Positions 51,505 through 61,355 are shown, counted from the first letter of the stretch. The stretch: 64,000 bases of DNA from Nitrosopumilus sp. (GCA_965223425.1 OZ245003.1:1312001-1376000); one strand, 5' to 3'. Numbers and translations are program-made. Notes: generated by a model from the letters alone, not told the origin.

Positions 51505-52496
51505 TGCACTGTGACATTCTCCGCAATTTTATCAACATCCAAAAGCTGATTTATGATGCTTCTACAATACTTCCATGTATTTACTTCCAACTGTTTTTGG
51601 CATACATCTCGGTATATTCGTATAAGCTCAAACCTTCCTTGCTTTGTTATCTCAACTCCTGGGAAGATGTCTTTTTTTATGTTATTGGAAAACCACATGT
51701 CCTTAACCATTCTCCTGCTAAACAAGTATACTAAAGACTTGTCTATTATTGGCCTACATGGCTCTATTAGATCGTATACGAGGGTAGGTTTAGCATAGCT
51801 GTCTTTGTGGTAGAATCCAGCTGTTGGGTCAAGTCCAGACAGTATCACTACCTTTTCAATGCTGGAATATGCCATGCCGTAGAGATAGTTCAGAGATGCA
51901 TTAAACGGATCAACCCCTGGATTTTGTGTTCTGCGCTCAAAGCGCCATTTTTTTGGAAGTGTAGCTGATATTATTTTAAAATATCTTGTAGCACAACTTC
52001 CTTCAAATCCTAGAAAATGTAGTGCAAAACTCCTATCATATGCAGTATCTTTTACAACATGTATGGTTTTGTTGAAAAATGACACAGCTTCTGCAATGTC
52101 TTTTGTCATCTCACTGGGCTCCCTGTTTTGTTTCAGCTCCGAAAGGAATCGCTTCTGTTTTGATAACTTTTCCAGTAAAAGTTTCTTTGTAATATCAAAT
52201 GCAAATAAAGTATCCAAGTTAAGGTACTGTTGTCTTCTTATCTGTGTCTGGCGTCCTGGGGAGCTGGCCCACATCCGCGCAAGCGGTTTGCCCGACTGTG
52301 AGGCCACTACTAACTGTATGTGTCTTTCTATACAAAGACGAATTGCAGCAGTGCTGATCATCGCGTTTGCAGTTATCAGTATGGCATCTACCATCTCTGC
52401 TGCTATTTCTTCATCATTCTGATCTGGTATTTTTATTATAAATCGTTCTCTCTTCCTGCGCAAGCTTGCCCCATGGGTGGTAATATCAATTATCAT
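51501..52496 (-). CDS. cas1: Cas1
   Basis: GFEG, DPFNASLNYLY, GLDP..GFYH, LVYDLIEP. Confidence 0.96.
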   Translation of the reverse strand: MIIDITTHGASLRRKRERFIIKIPDQNDEEIAAEMVDAILITANAMISTAAIRLCIERHIQLVVASQSGKPLARMWASSPGRQTQIRRQQYLNLDTLFAFDITKKLLLEKLSKQKRFLSELKQNREPSEMTKDIAEAVSFFNKTIHVVKDTAYDRSFALHFLGFEGSCATRYFKIISATLPKKWRFERRTQNPGVDPFNASLNYLYGMAYSSIEKVVILSGLDPTAGFYHKDSYAKPTLVYDLIEPCRPIIDKSLVYLFSRRMVKDMWFSNNIKKDIFPGVEITKQGRFELIRIYRDVCQKQLEVNTWKYCRSIINQLLDVDKIAENVTVQ

Positions 52497-52825
52497 CTAC
52501 TTTCTGTATTATGCCAAACCCCTTTGATACACTTTTCCCTATGCCGATGTATTTTGGTAGCGACAGATTTGTCACAAACTTAGCATAAAACCCTGAAAAC
52601 CTATGTTTGTGTACAATAACTGGTGCCTTTTTGTACCATTTTATCTGAACATACAGATGGTAGTCTATTTTGATTCCTATGCCCTTTAACATACTTAGCA
52701 AGTTTCCGATAAGCATCTCCTCCAAAAACCTTCTCCTAAACTGTGGGTCAATATTCTTGAATTTTACATAATTTTCTGCATTTAGCGCAATCCATGGAGA
52801 TTTAAATGAATATTGTGTTATTTTT
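52486..52825 (-). pseudogene. cas6: C-terminal half of a second Cas6
   Basis: SPWIALNAENY...GIGKSVSKGFG, colinear with the last about 110 aa of 58364-59020; homology stops near 52825. Confidence 0.8.
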
Positions 52826-52862
52826 ATAAAACTAATATAATACTCAGATCCTATTTTTTCAC

Positions 52863-54536
52863 ATGTTAGCCTATACAATCTTTGATGAAAATAATAGTAC
52901 GGGTTTGGAGCCTGGAAATGGAATACCAATTAAAAAAATATTTGTAAAAAACAACACCATTATAATTGATGATAAAACAATTGAACAATATGGAGTAAAA
53001 ACACTCCCACAATCTACAGTTGGGAGTCTGATGGTAAAGCAGTTTAATATGCCACTTGATACAGAACCATCTCTTAATCTGCCAAACAAAAAAGTTGCAT
53101 CAAACTCACCAAAACCATATGTAGTAATTCCAGGATACATAAAGATATTTAAAAAGAAAGACCAAATCACAGGAGAAATCACGTTAGGTAATAAAAAAAA
53201 GGATTATTTTGCAAAATTAAGCATTCCTGATTTTGAGCAAGAAATTATCTCTTCTGATATTAATTTTAAAATTGATTCTCAAAGATATTTTATGAATAAT
53301 GAAACACTGTATGATGTTTACTACAAACATAAAATACTTGAAGACAGCAAGTTAAAATCCACACTATTTGAAAAAGTTGTAATCAAGTTTTTTGATTACA
53401 TTAAAGAAAAAAATCTAGAATTCCCTCAAATCAAAACAAGTTTTTCATTATACATTTTACCAAGTGATGATCCAATTATTTTTACTTCTCAGGAAATCCA
53501 AAAGCAATCATTGAACAAGATGGATGCCTTTGGAAATAATCTAGAATATTATCCAAAAAAGCCAACAACAGGCTTGTTTTTTTGTTCATATGATGATAAG
53601 GCATTTACTATAAACTGTACTGAAAAAGACAAATTTTATGAAACTTTGGGAATAGGAAATATATCTCATAAAAAATTATCATTACCAAACAGCAAAAAAA
53701 TAACCATATATCCCTTTGATTGGTATTTTATTAATTTGGAGAATTCTGCAAAAATATTTACAAAACGGAATCAGGGTATATATGACCAACTATATCATAA
53801 TTATTTAGATTTAAAAAAAGAGTACAGTCTTACAGATACTCTCGCATCCCTTATGGTCTTTTGCATAAATAAGAATAATGCAAAACTCGAAGTCATATTA
53901 AATGAAAATCTGACAATGGTAAAAATGGAGTCATTATTGGGGGATGTACAACTAAAAAATATTCCTCCCTTTGCATTAGAACTGTTGATAGTTAAAAAAG
54001 GCTCCAAGTCATTTTTCAGATATTATGTGATGGCAATCAAATCACTACTAAATGAAATACCAGTTAACAGAGATTTACTAATTAAGATATTTACATCTAA
54101 AATCCGTGACGAAATTCGAGAATGGGTGAAGGGAAAATCAGACACGAACGCAAATTATTTTTTCAAGCGATCAGAGTTTTGTCTAATAACTTTAAATTCA
54201 TCATATGTCTCGGATACTACATTGAAGGAAGAAGAAGATTTTGCAAAGTCAGTAGGAGAAATTACAAGACAGTACATTTCATTTAGAATGACTAATAATC
54301 ACGATAATAATTCACTACGTGAAATTTTATCAAAACCAAAATATGATATTCAAACATTACAGTATGTGATAAAGCAGATAGGTAGAGGCATACATCTTCT
54401 TAACATTAAATCAGAAATGTATAATCGTATATTAAATAGGATTTCTGATATCACTCCAGAAATAGTCGATTCTGATTCAAGAAAAGACTTTTCTTATCAC
54501 TTTTACATGGGATATTTCAAAGGAGTTAAAAAATGA
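52863..54536 (+). CDS. cas8b: Type I-B large subunit (Cas8b-like)
   Basis: Size and position before cas7; C-terminal FYMGYF; little direct motif evidence. Confidence 0.7.
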   Translation: MLAYTIFDENNSTGLEPGNGIPIKKIFVKNNTIIIDDKTIEQYGVKTLPQSTVGSLMVKQFNMPLDTEPSLNLPNKKVASNSPKPYVVIPGYIKIFKKKDQITGEITLGNKKKDYFAKLSIPDFEQEIISSDINFKIDSQRYFMNNETLYDVYYKHKILEDSKLKSTLFEKVVIKFFDYIKEKNLEFPQIKTSFSLYILPSDDPIIFTSQEIQKQSLNKMDAFGNNLEYYPKKPTTGLFFCSYDDKAFTINCTEKDKFYETLGIGNISHKKLSLPNSKKITIYPFDWYFINLENSAKIFTKRNQGIYDQLYHNYLDLKKEYSLTDTLASLMVFCINKNNAKLEVILNENLTMVKMESLLGDVQLKNIPPFALELLIVKKGSKSFFRYYVMAIKSLLNEIPVNRDLLIKIFTSKIRDEIREWVKGKSDTNANYFFKRSEFCLITLNSSYVSDTTLKEEEDFAKSVGEITRQYISFRMTNNHDNNSLREILSKPKYDIQTLQYVIKQIGRGIHLLNIKSEMYNRILNRISDITPEIVDSDSRKDFSYHFYMGYFKGVKK

Positions 54537-55492
54537 CAAAGTCTGAAATTTTATTCTATTATGAATCACGTCAGAATCCTAATGGTGATCCTGATTCTGA
54601 AAACCAACCAAGATTAATGCATGATGAGACTATAATGGTAACTGATGTAAGAATAAAACGAACCATCAGAGATTATGCAAAACAAAAGTTCGGTTATAAA
54701 TTATTTGTAGATTATAATGAAAAAGGAGATCCAGTAACTGCGGACTCTCGAGCAAAAGAGATTGCAGAACAAGCACAGGATAAAGGAGGTGATTTTATTA
54801 AAATCATGTTAGAGAATACTTTTGATGTTCCTCTTTTTGGAGCTTTAGTTACAATCAAGGGAAAGTCAAAGAAAAACTCCGATGACTCTGATGTAGAGGC
54901 GGGTTCCCAAAAACTTACAGGACCTGTCCAATTTGCAATAGGAAAAAGTGTAAACAAAGTAAATCTCATCCAGCCTACTATCACATCAAGGTTTGTTGGA
55001 AAAGAAAAAGAAGGACAAGCAAAACAGTTCAGCACAATTGGAAAATTCTACGCAGTTGAATATGCATTAATTAAGACATGTGGTGCTATCAACCCATCAA
55101 ATCTAGGTAAGTATTTGCAGTATGATGTTATTCAAGATAACTTTACAAAATACTGCAATGAATTTCCAGAGATTTTGTTTGATGGGACAAATCAGTTAAT
55201 CACTAGATCAAAGTATCCACAAAGAAGCATATTGTTTATTCAGGTAGATTACAATGATACAATTTACAATGATTTATCTAGTTTAGTAGCAGAAAGTGAA
55301 ATCTTAAAAAATGATACGACATTCCCAACTGAGCTAAATAAAACACCATTTGACTTTACAGATCTTATCTCAACGTTGAACTCTCGTAAAGATAAGATTG
55401 AGAAAATAAAAATAAAGTTTGCAGACGATATTAGCAAAGATGTATCTGATATGATATCCAAACTAGATGGTATTACAGTTGAACAGTTGTAA
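54533..55492 (+). CDS. cas7: Cas7 (Csh2-type)
   Basis: NPNGDP..NQPR, VTDVRIKRTIRDY, TGPVQF. Confidence 0.93.
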   Translation: MTKSEILFYYESRQNPNGDPDSENQPRLMHDETIMVTDVRIKRTIRDYAKQKFGYKLFVDYNEKGDPVTADSRAKEIAEQAQDKGGDFIKIMLENTFDVPLFGALVTIKGKSKKNSDDSDVEAGSQKLTGPVQFAIGKSVNKVNLIQPTITSRFVGKEKEGQAKQFSTIGKFYAVEYALIKTCGAINPSNLGKYLQYDVIQDNFTKYCNEFPEILFDGTNQLITRSKYPQRSILFIQVDYNDTIYNDLSSLVAESEILKNDTTFPTELNKTPFDFTDLISTLNSRKDKIEKIKIKFADDISKDVSDMISKLDGITVEQL

Positions 55493-56235
55493 TGACTAGG
55501 ATCATATCATTTGAAGTTACTGGAAATTATGCGTCATTTAGAGATCCTTCAGTCACCACTAACCAGGTAATATACTATATTCCATCAAAGAGTGCAATTG
55601 TTGGATTAGTTGGTGCAATAATCGGAGTCAAGCGTGGCAATACACTTGATGAATTATACAGTAAAGAGTATCTAGAGTTTTTCTCAAAGATCAAAGTGGG
55701 AATAAAACTATGTAACAATCCCAAAAAAATCATTTATTTTACAAATCATCGCTCATTAAAATCCCCCAAGACAAAGCCAGTAAAAAAAGAGATATTGGAG
55801 AATCCAAAATATGTAATATATCTTCAAGCCGAAGATAATATCCTAGATAAAATTACAACAGTGATAAAAAACAACAAATATGAGTTTACCCCATATTTGG
55901 GGCATGCCTACTGCATTGCTAGAATCTCTAATTTACAACAATATGTTGGTAAATTATTGGCAAACGTTTCTAATCGCATAACAGATTGTATTGTATTAGA
56001 TGAATCTAGTTCTAATAATAATACAAGTTTTATATTCAAAGTAAAAACCAAAGACAATTCAAAAATAATTATTGAAAGGCATCTGCATCATTTTTTTGAG
56101 AAATCCGGTTTTACTAAATGTGTCTTAAAACACTGGATACCTTTTGACTCCTCAGAAATGAAGATACAATCATTAAGGGAAAACAAATTATCCAACTTTT
56201 ATGAAATCAACGAAAAAGTGTACTGTTTGTATTGA
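55492..56235 (+). CDS. cas5: Cas5
   Basis: GNYASFR...PSKSAIVGLVGAIIG, PYLG. Confidence 0.93.
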   Translation: MTRIISFEVTGNYASFRDPSVTTNQVIYYIPSKSAIVGLVGAIIGVKRGNTLDELYSKEYLEFFSKIKVGIKLCNNPKKIIYFTNHRSLKSPKTKPVKKEILENPKYVIYLQAEDNILDKITTVIKNNKYEFTPYLGHAYCIARISNLQQYVGKLLANVSNRITDCIVLDESSSNNNTSFIFKVKTKDNSKIIIERHLHHFFEKSGFTKCVLKHWIPFDSSEMKIQSLRENKLSNFYEINEKVYCLY

Positions 56236-58373
56236 ATTTTCTATCACATAATACTGATGGCAAAGAACATTTGGATTTTCATCTAGTTTATGTTGCTCAG
56301 AGAGCTAAAAAAATAGTAGACACGAGTAGCTTTACTTCGTCTAATGCCGCATATTATGCAGGGCTGTTTCATGATCTAGGAAAACTAAACCCATACTACC
56401 AGAAACTTTTTTCAGGAGAAGATAAAAATGAATTACTAAAATCATATCACGGTTACCATTCCTATTACTCTTGTTGGCTTGCAGAATCTTTTCTGGACGC
56501 AAACTACACCTTATCAGATGAGGATAAAGTAAGAGTAATTATGTTAATTGCAGGACATCATACAAAATTACGAAAAGAACCTACAAACTACATAGGAAAA
56601 GACAATGAAAAAAAGAATAAAACTGCAAGATATATTCTTGATAACTTGGAGAAATTCATCAGACAGACAACAAAAGAGCAGTTAAAGGAATTACCAGAGA
56701 TTAATCCATCAATAGATTATACACGATATGAGGAAAAATTAGAAACCAAACCAAATGAAGACAGTATAGAGGCATTTTTGGAATGTGGATTTTTGTTTTC
56801 ATCACTTTTACAGGCAGACAGGGGTAGTTTTTCTGACTTTGAGGAAAAAAAACTTGATTCTTCTTTTATATTTAATACTGAAAATCTAGTAAAGAAGGGT
56901 AACAAACTGTCTGATTTTAGATCATCATTACAAAATACAGTTTTAAAAAGTACTGATGTTACAAAACCAATCTTTGTACTAAATGCCCCTACAGGCTGTG
57001 GGAAGACAAAGGCGTTTTTGGATGTAATCAAAAAATACAATCCAAAACGGATTTTTTATTTTTCACCACTCTTGGCATTAACTGATGATATTGCAAAAAA
57101 GATAGATGATACATGCAAAAACAACCCAGACACAAAAAAACAGATACTCGTATTCAACAATACATTCACAAACAGCTTGAATGAAAAAATTCCAGAAAAC
57201 GGAGATGATATTCAAAATATGCCAGAAAAATGGAACTTTGATTTTGAGGCATTTAATGAAAAGATGGTAATTGCAACAACTCAGAGATTATTAATGACAA
57301 TATACTCAAATTCTCACAAGGACAAACTAAAGCTTGCATCCCTTAGAGACTCTTTGCTCATTATAGATGAAGTCCAAACGCTGCCAAAAGTTTTACTAAA
57401 AAACCTCATATCAATACTAAATGCAATGAACAAATATCTTAACACAAGGACATTGCTAGTCAGTGCAACAATTCCTTTTGAGTTATCAGATCTACCAAAG
57501 ATAGGGCTTGATAAAAATCAGACACGTCAGTATCTTATGGAGAGAAATTATGATATACTAAAAGAAAACTTTGATGTGAAGAAAATACAGACAGGCAAGA
57601 CCTTGATCATGCTAAATACAAGAAAAAATGCAAAGGAGACATTTGAGCAGATAGAGCACAAAAATTTATTTTACATATCATCTGGCATCAAAAAAGAACA
57701 TAGGGAAAAAATATTATTAGATATTAACGAATCACCTGACTCTATTCTGGTATCCACCCAAGTAGTTGAGGCTGGAGTTGATATTAGTTTTAATAGTATA
57801 TGGAGGCAGATGGCGCCAGTTGACAATATAATTCAGGTTATGGGAAGACTAGACAGAGAATCTCAAGATAGAAATGCCAAACTACATATTTTTGATTCAG
57901 ATGTGGCAAACTTTGCTCCCTATTCTGCATTAGAGTTTGAAGAATCTAAAAAAATCATTTCCAGAGTCTCAAACAGTATGGAATTATATGCCGAGCTGGA
58001 AGAATATTATAAAAAAATCTCTACTGAAAACCTTCAACAAAAAAACCAAGAAGAGACTCTTCAATGTCATATGGATAAATTGGATTTTGATGAAATATGG
58101 GGTTTCGTAAAACCATTCATTGGAGAGTCCTACTATGACTCTGTGTACATACCAAGTTATGATACATGGGATGAAGTTAAAGTGGAATTATTATCAAAAG
58201 AAAAACTTGCCATAAAAAAACATGCAGGGTTGATAGCTCAGCTTCCGGTAAAAAGATACAAAATAGAGCATATGTTTGATGAGCAACTTTTGGAGAAAAA
58301 TATTCTCTATCCAAAAAAAGAACATTTAGATGAGATATATGACAAACATTTGGGGTTGGACATATGGAGATAG
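56232..58373 (+). CDS. cas3: Cas3 HD nuclease-helicase
   Basis: FHDLGK, GHH, QAD, APTGCGKT, DEVQ, SAT, TQVVEAGVD, GRLDR. Confidence 0.96.
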   Translation: MNFLSHNTDGKEHLDFHLVYVAQRAKKIVDTSSFTSSNAAYYAGLFHDLGKLNPYYQKLFSGEDKNELLKSYHGYHSYYSCWLAESFLDANYTLSDEDKVRVIMLIAGHHTKLRKEPTNYIGKDNEKKNKTARYILDNLEKFIRQTTKEQLKELPEINPSIDYTRYEEKLETKPNEDSIEAFLECGFLFSSLLQADRGSFSDFEEKKLDSSFIFNTENLVKKGNKLSDFRSSLQNTVLKSTDVTKPIFVLNAPTGCGKTKAFLDVIKKYNPKRIFYFSPLLALTDDIAKKIDDTCKNNPDTKKQILVFNNTFTNSLNEKIPENGDDIQNMPEKWNFDFEAFNEKMVIATTQRLLMTIYSNSHKDKLKLASLRDSLLIIDEVQTLPKVLLKNLISILNAMNKYLNTRTLLVSATIPFELSDLPKIGLDKNQTRQYLMERNYDILKENFDVKKIQTGKTLIMLNTRKNAKETFEQIEHKNLFYISSGIKKEHREKILLDINESPDSILVSTQVVEAGVDISFNSIWRQMAPVDNIIQVMGRLDRESQDRNAKLHIFDSDVANFAPYSALEFEESKKIISRVSNSMELYAELEEYYKKISTENLQQKNQEETLQCHMDKLDFDEIWGFVKPFIGESYYDSVYIPSYDTWDEVKVELLSKEKLAIKKHAGLIAQLPVKRYKIEHMFDEQLLEKNILYPKKEHLDEIYDKHLGLDIWR

Positions 58374-59020
58374 ATATACCCCTATGTTATTCTGAGATAG
58401 TTCTACATGAAAAAAGACGTCTCTCTGCAACACAGCTAAGATCATTTATCGGATACAAGTTCATAGAGAATACAGAGTTTCATCACCATGATGATAATCC
58501 TTACAGATATCCATTAATCCAATACAAAAGAATAAATGATTCCCTCTACATTTTAGGAATTGCCAAATATGCTGATCTTGTATTTGATAGAGTTTCAGAA
58601 CTGCAGCACATTACGCTGAAGAACACTGACTTGTCAATATCAAATATTGTATTTGAGAAAACCACACATACAGTTACCGAAAAAATCTACAAGTATCGTT
58701 TTATTAGTCCTTGGATTGCACTTAATGCAGAAAATTATGTAAAATACAATAATCTGGATTTAACATTTCATAAAAAATTTTTAGAAAATATATTGACTGG
58801 AAATTTACTTAGTATGTTAAAAGGGCTTGATATTAGAATAGATTATACCTTATACGTTGAGCTCAAATGGTTCAAACATTTACCAATAACTGCCCACAAA
58901 CATGGCTTTTCAGGATTTTATGCAGAGTTTATAACTAATTTATCATTACCAAAATATATTGGAATTGGAAAAAGTGTTTCAAAGGGCTTTGGTGTAATAC
59001 AAAGAATGAAAACTAGCTGA
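58364..59020 (+). CDS. cas6: Cas6 (Cas6b-type) endoribonuclease
   Basis: YRYPLIQYK, SPWIALN, GIGKSVSKGFG glycine loop. Confidence 0.93.
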   Translation: MEIDIPLCYSEIVLHEKRRLSATQLRSFIGYKFIENTEFHHHDDNPYRYPLIQYKRINDSLYILGIAKYADLVFDRVSELQHITLKNTDLSISNIVFEKTTHTVTEKIYKYRFISPWIALNAENYVKYNNLDLTFHKKFLENILTGNLLSMLKGLDIRIDYTLYVELKWFKHLPITAHKHGFSGFYAEFITNLSLPKYIGIGKSVSKGFGVIQRMKTS

Positions 59021-59058
59021 ATCTATTATATACTTGAAATTATTGAGATATTATCATG

Positions 59059-59104
59059 TTCTACTAAAACAAAGATTGAAACGTTTGTTATTTCACTGCA
59101 AAGT
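59059..59104 (+). ncRNA. Putative CRISPR-like regulatory RNA: degenerate repeat + spacer, cut by an IS
   Basis: 59059-59082 matches the last 24 nt of the array repeat at 22/24 and keeps ATTGAAAC; TATTATATA box at about 59024-59032; spacer matches 60218-60236. Confidence 0.75.
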
Positions 59105-60172
59105 AGACCCTATCCGTTATTAACATAATTTTACCATTTTTCAGATATTTGTTCTCAACTAGATCCAAAACAGGCAAAATGCCATGCATGTCATGTTAAA
59201 CCACAAAAAGCTGGCAAAAAAACCAAAATTATTCCTGTCCATGACGGGAGTTACCCCCGGGCAGTTTTATGATCTGTGCCCGGAGATAGAGTCACAGTAC
59301 AAGATAACGGAGGAAAGACGCCTCTCCAGGAATAACAGAATCCGAGACATCGGCGCAGGGCGCAGGTTCAAACACTGCCGCAGGGACAGAATCCTGATGG
59401 CACTGATCCACTACAGGACATACGTCACACAGGGTCTCCTGAGCCTGCTTTTTGACCTGAGCCAGTCAAATGTCAGTACCGGCATACGATACATGGAGCC
59501 TGCCATAAAATCTGCACTGTCACTGCCTGACAAAAAGCTTGCAGAGACCAGACAGATATCAGACATTCGGGAGCTGGCATGCGCCTTTCCTGGGCTGCAC
59601 GCAGTCATTGACGCATCAGAGCAGCAGATTCAAAGGCCCAAGAACAAGTCCAGGAGAAAGACACACTATTCGGGCAAAAAGAAGATGCATACGGTCAAGA
59701 CACAGTACGTTGTAAACGCAGACGGCATGATTATGCACAGGACGCCGCACTCGCCTGGAAGCAGGCATGACTATTCTGTCTTCAAGTCAAAGTGCCCAAA
59801 ACTTTCAGGAGATCTGAAAATCCTTGTGGATCTTGGATATCAGGGGATACGGAAGGACTATCCGGAGCTTGACGTGTTGATCCCGTACAAGAAGCCAAGG
59901 GGCGGCAAGCTTGATGATGCGCAGAAGGAATTCAACCGGGAGCTGTCCAGAGCAAGGGTACCGGTGAGCATGTCATCTCAAGGATCAAGAAATTCGGCAT
60001 AATGAGGGACAAGTTTAGGAACAGACTGTGCAGGTATGACTGCATCAATGCCATAATCTGCGGCCTGATCAACTACAAGCTGAAGACGCGCGATTTTGTT
60101 GTGATACCATGACGTAACAAGGAATCAGTTTGGTGAAACGTCAGGTTTTGTTAGTAATTACAGATCAGGTCT
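59105..60172 (+). mobile_element. IS5-family (ISL2-like) element; transposase 59184-60002 frameshifted before the catalytic Glu
   Basis: Ends AGACCCTATC / GATCAGGTCT; AGT duplication at 59102-59104 and 60173-60175. Confidence 0.93.
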
Positions 60173-60214
60173 AGTATACGCTCAAGTAATTCCTATTATA
60201 ATAAGGAAATAATG

Positions 60215-60260
60215 TTAGTTTGATATTTAACTGCAATAGAATTTTGATCAATTATAAATA
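60215..60260 (+). promoter_or_regulatory. TTA PAM + crRNA-like target site followed by the TATA box of the small-ORF operon
   Basis: TTA-GTTTGATATTTAACTGCAA (60215-60236); TTATAAAT at 60252-60259; ATG at 60281. Confidence 0.7.
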
Positions 60261-60280
60261 ATTTAAAATCAACCACATAC

Positions 60281-60439
60281 ATGAAAAATATTACTTATAT
60301 CCCAATAATAGTTTTCACAGAAGAGCAATTGTTAGAACAAAAACGATTACAAAGAGAATTGAAGATATGTTATGAGAAGAATATATCATCAAGTTTTAAC
60401 ATACATTATTATTTGGAATTAAAGGAGGAATATTTCTAA
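60281..60439 (+). CDS. 52-aa hypothetical protein, absent from ORF track
   Basis: MKNITYIPIIVFTEEQLLEQKRLQRELKICYEKNISSSFNIHYYLELKEEYF; TAATG overlap with the next ORF. Confidence 0.55.
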   Translation: MKNITYIPIIVFTEEQLLEQKRLQRELKICYEKNISSSFNIHYYLELKEEYF

Positions 60440-60663
60440 TGCCTGTTTTTGAATTTCGTTTGACTTGTGTGAATGAAAATTTATGTAAAGAAACTCAACT
60501 TGTAATGTCAGATTTTAAAAACAAAAATGTAAAGGGAGATAAAAGTTATGATCATGTTGCACTAAAAACATTCTCAAGTTGGGAAGATGCCATCAAGGTA
60601 TCCGCCGAGATTGAGAGGAAACTTGGTAAAAATTTGGTTGATTTGACAATCGCCGAGAAATAA
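60439..60663 (+). CDS. 74-aa hypothetical protein
   Basis: ORF track; AAGGAGG upstream; translationally coupled. Confidence 0.65.
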   Translation: MPVFEFRLTCVNENLCKETQLVMSDFKNKNVKGDKSYDHVALKTFSSWEDAIKVSAEIERKLGKNLVDLTIAEK

Positions 60664-60664
60664 T

Positions 60665-61013
60665 TTGAAAAAATTACAAATCATTGTTAAAGAAGGAATA
60701 TCAAATCGTACTTTAGATAATATTGTTATTGATCTTTCACAAATAACAGGTGTAGACATAAAAGAAAAAACCTAGACTTCTTTCAGTAGGTATTGATAAA
60801 TTCTATATTTGGCAAAATGTGTTATTAGATATTAGTTCAACAACCATAGTGGAACTTAAAAGGGAATTAAAGAAAACTTTGAATGCTTCTATTGAAGAGA
60901 TGCCCACTACATGGTGGGGACGAAATGGGGAAAAAGCATTTGTGACAATGGGGTTGGCAAGTGTAGCTGGATTTGTAGTTGGAATGTTATCTTGGGTCAC
61001 TCACCCCCCTTAG
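60665..61013 (+). pseudogene. About 115-aa C-terminally membrane-anchored protein, frameshifted in an A6 run
   Basis: TTG 60665; removing one A at 60765-60770 joins MKKLQIIV...DIKEK to PRLLSVG...AFVTMGLASVAGFVVGMLSWVTHPP. Confidence 0.55.
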
Positions 61014-61036
61014 AATTTTGAATTAATGTAATCCGT

Positions 61037-61170
61037 TTATATTTCTATTAATTGCAATTCTACATTTTCCTTAGGTGTCCTATTACCTAATGCACTATGT
61101 TGTTTAATATTATTGTGAAATAATTGATAGCTTATCATTATGACCCAATCTTGTATTTGTTTGCAGGCTT
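61037..61170 (-). pseudogene. C-terminal relic of an integrase-core DDE transposase
   Basis: YQLFHNNIKQHSALGNRTPKE resembles the YNxxRPHxALxxxTP motif. Confidence 0.5.
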
Positions 61171-61355
61171 TACGCAGATGTCGTTGCAAACAGTTAGATG
61201 TGTTTTCAGGCAGAGACTGTCTCAGGCTACTTGCGTGGGAGAGAGAACCTGCCATCTTCTGCACCTGATAGCACAACCGGTTTGATGTAGACGCACCAGC
61301 TTTGATTCCTTTTGCAAGACGTGATATCATAAAAAAAACCGTGTGTCGCGCCGTG

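Noticed and set aside
52811-52830. cas8b promoter as an autoregulatory target of the crRNA-like spacer (shares TGTTATTT)
   Set aside because: Mismatches at seed positions 1 and 3 and no TTN PAM; the 60218 site is far better.
44098-60175. Proof that CRISPR-Cas arrived as one composite transposon
   Set aside because: Outer flanks differ (ATT versus AGT) and the right IS has its own AGT duplication.
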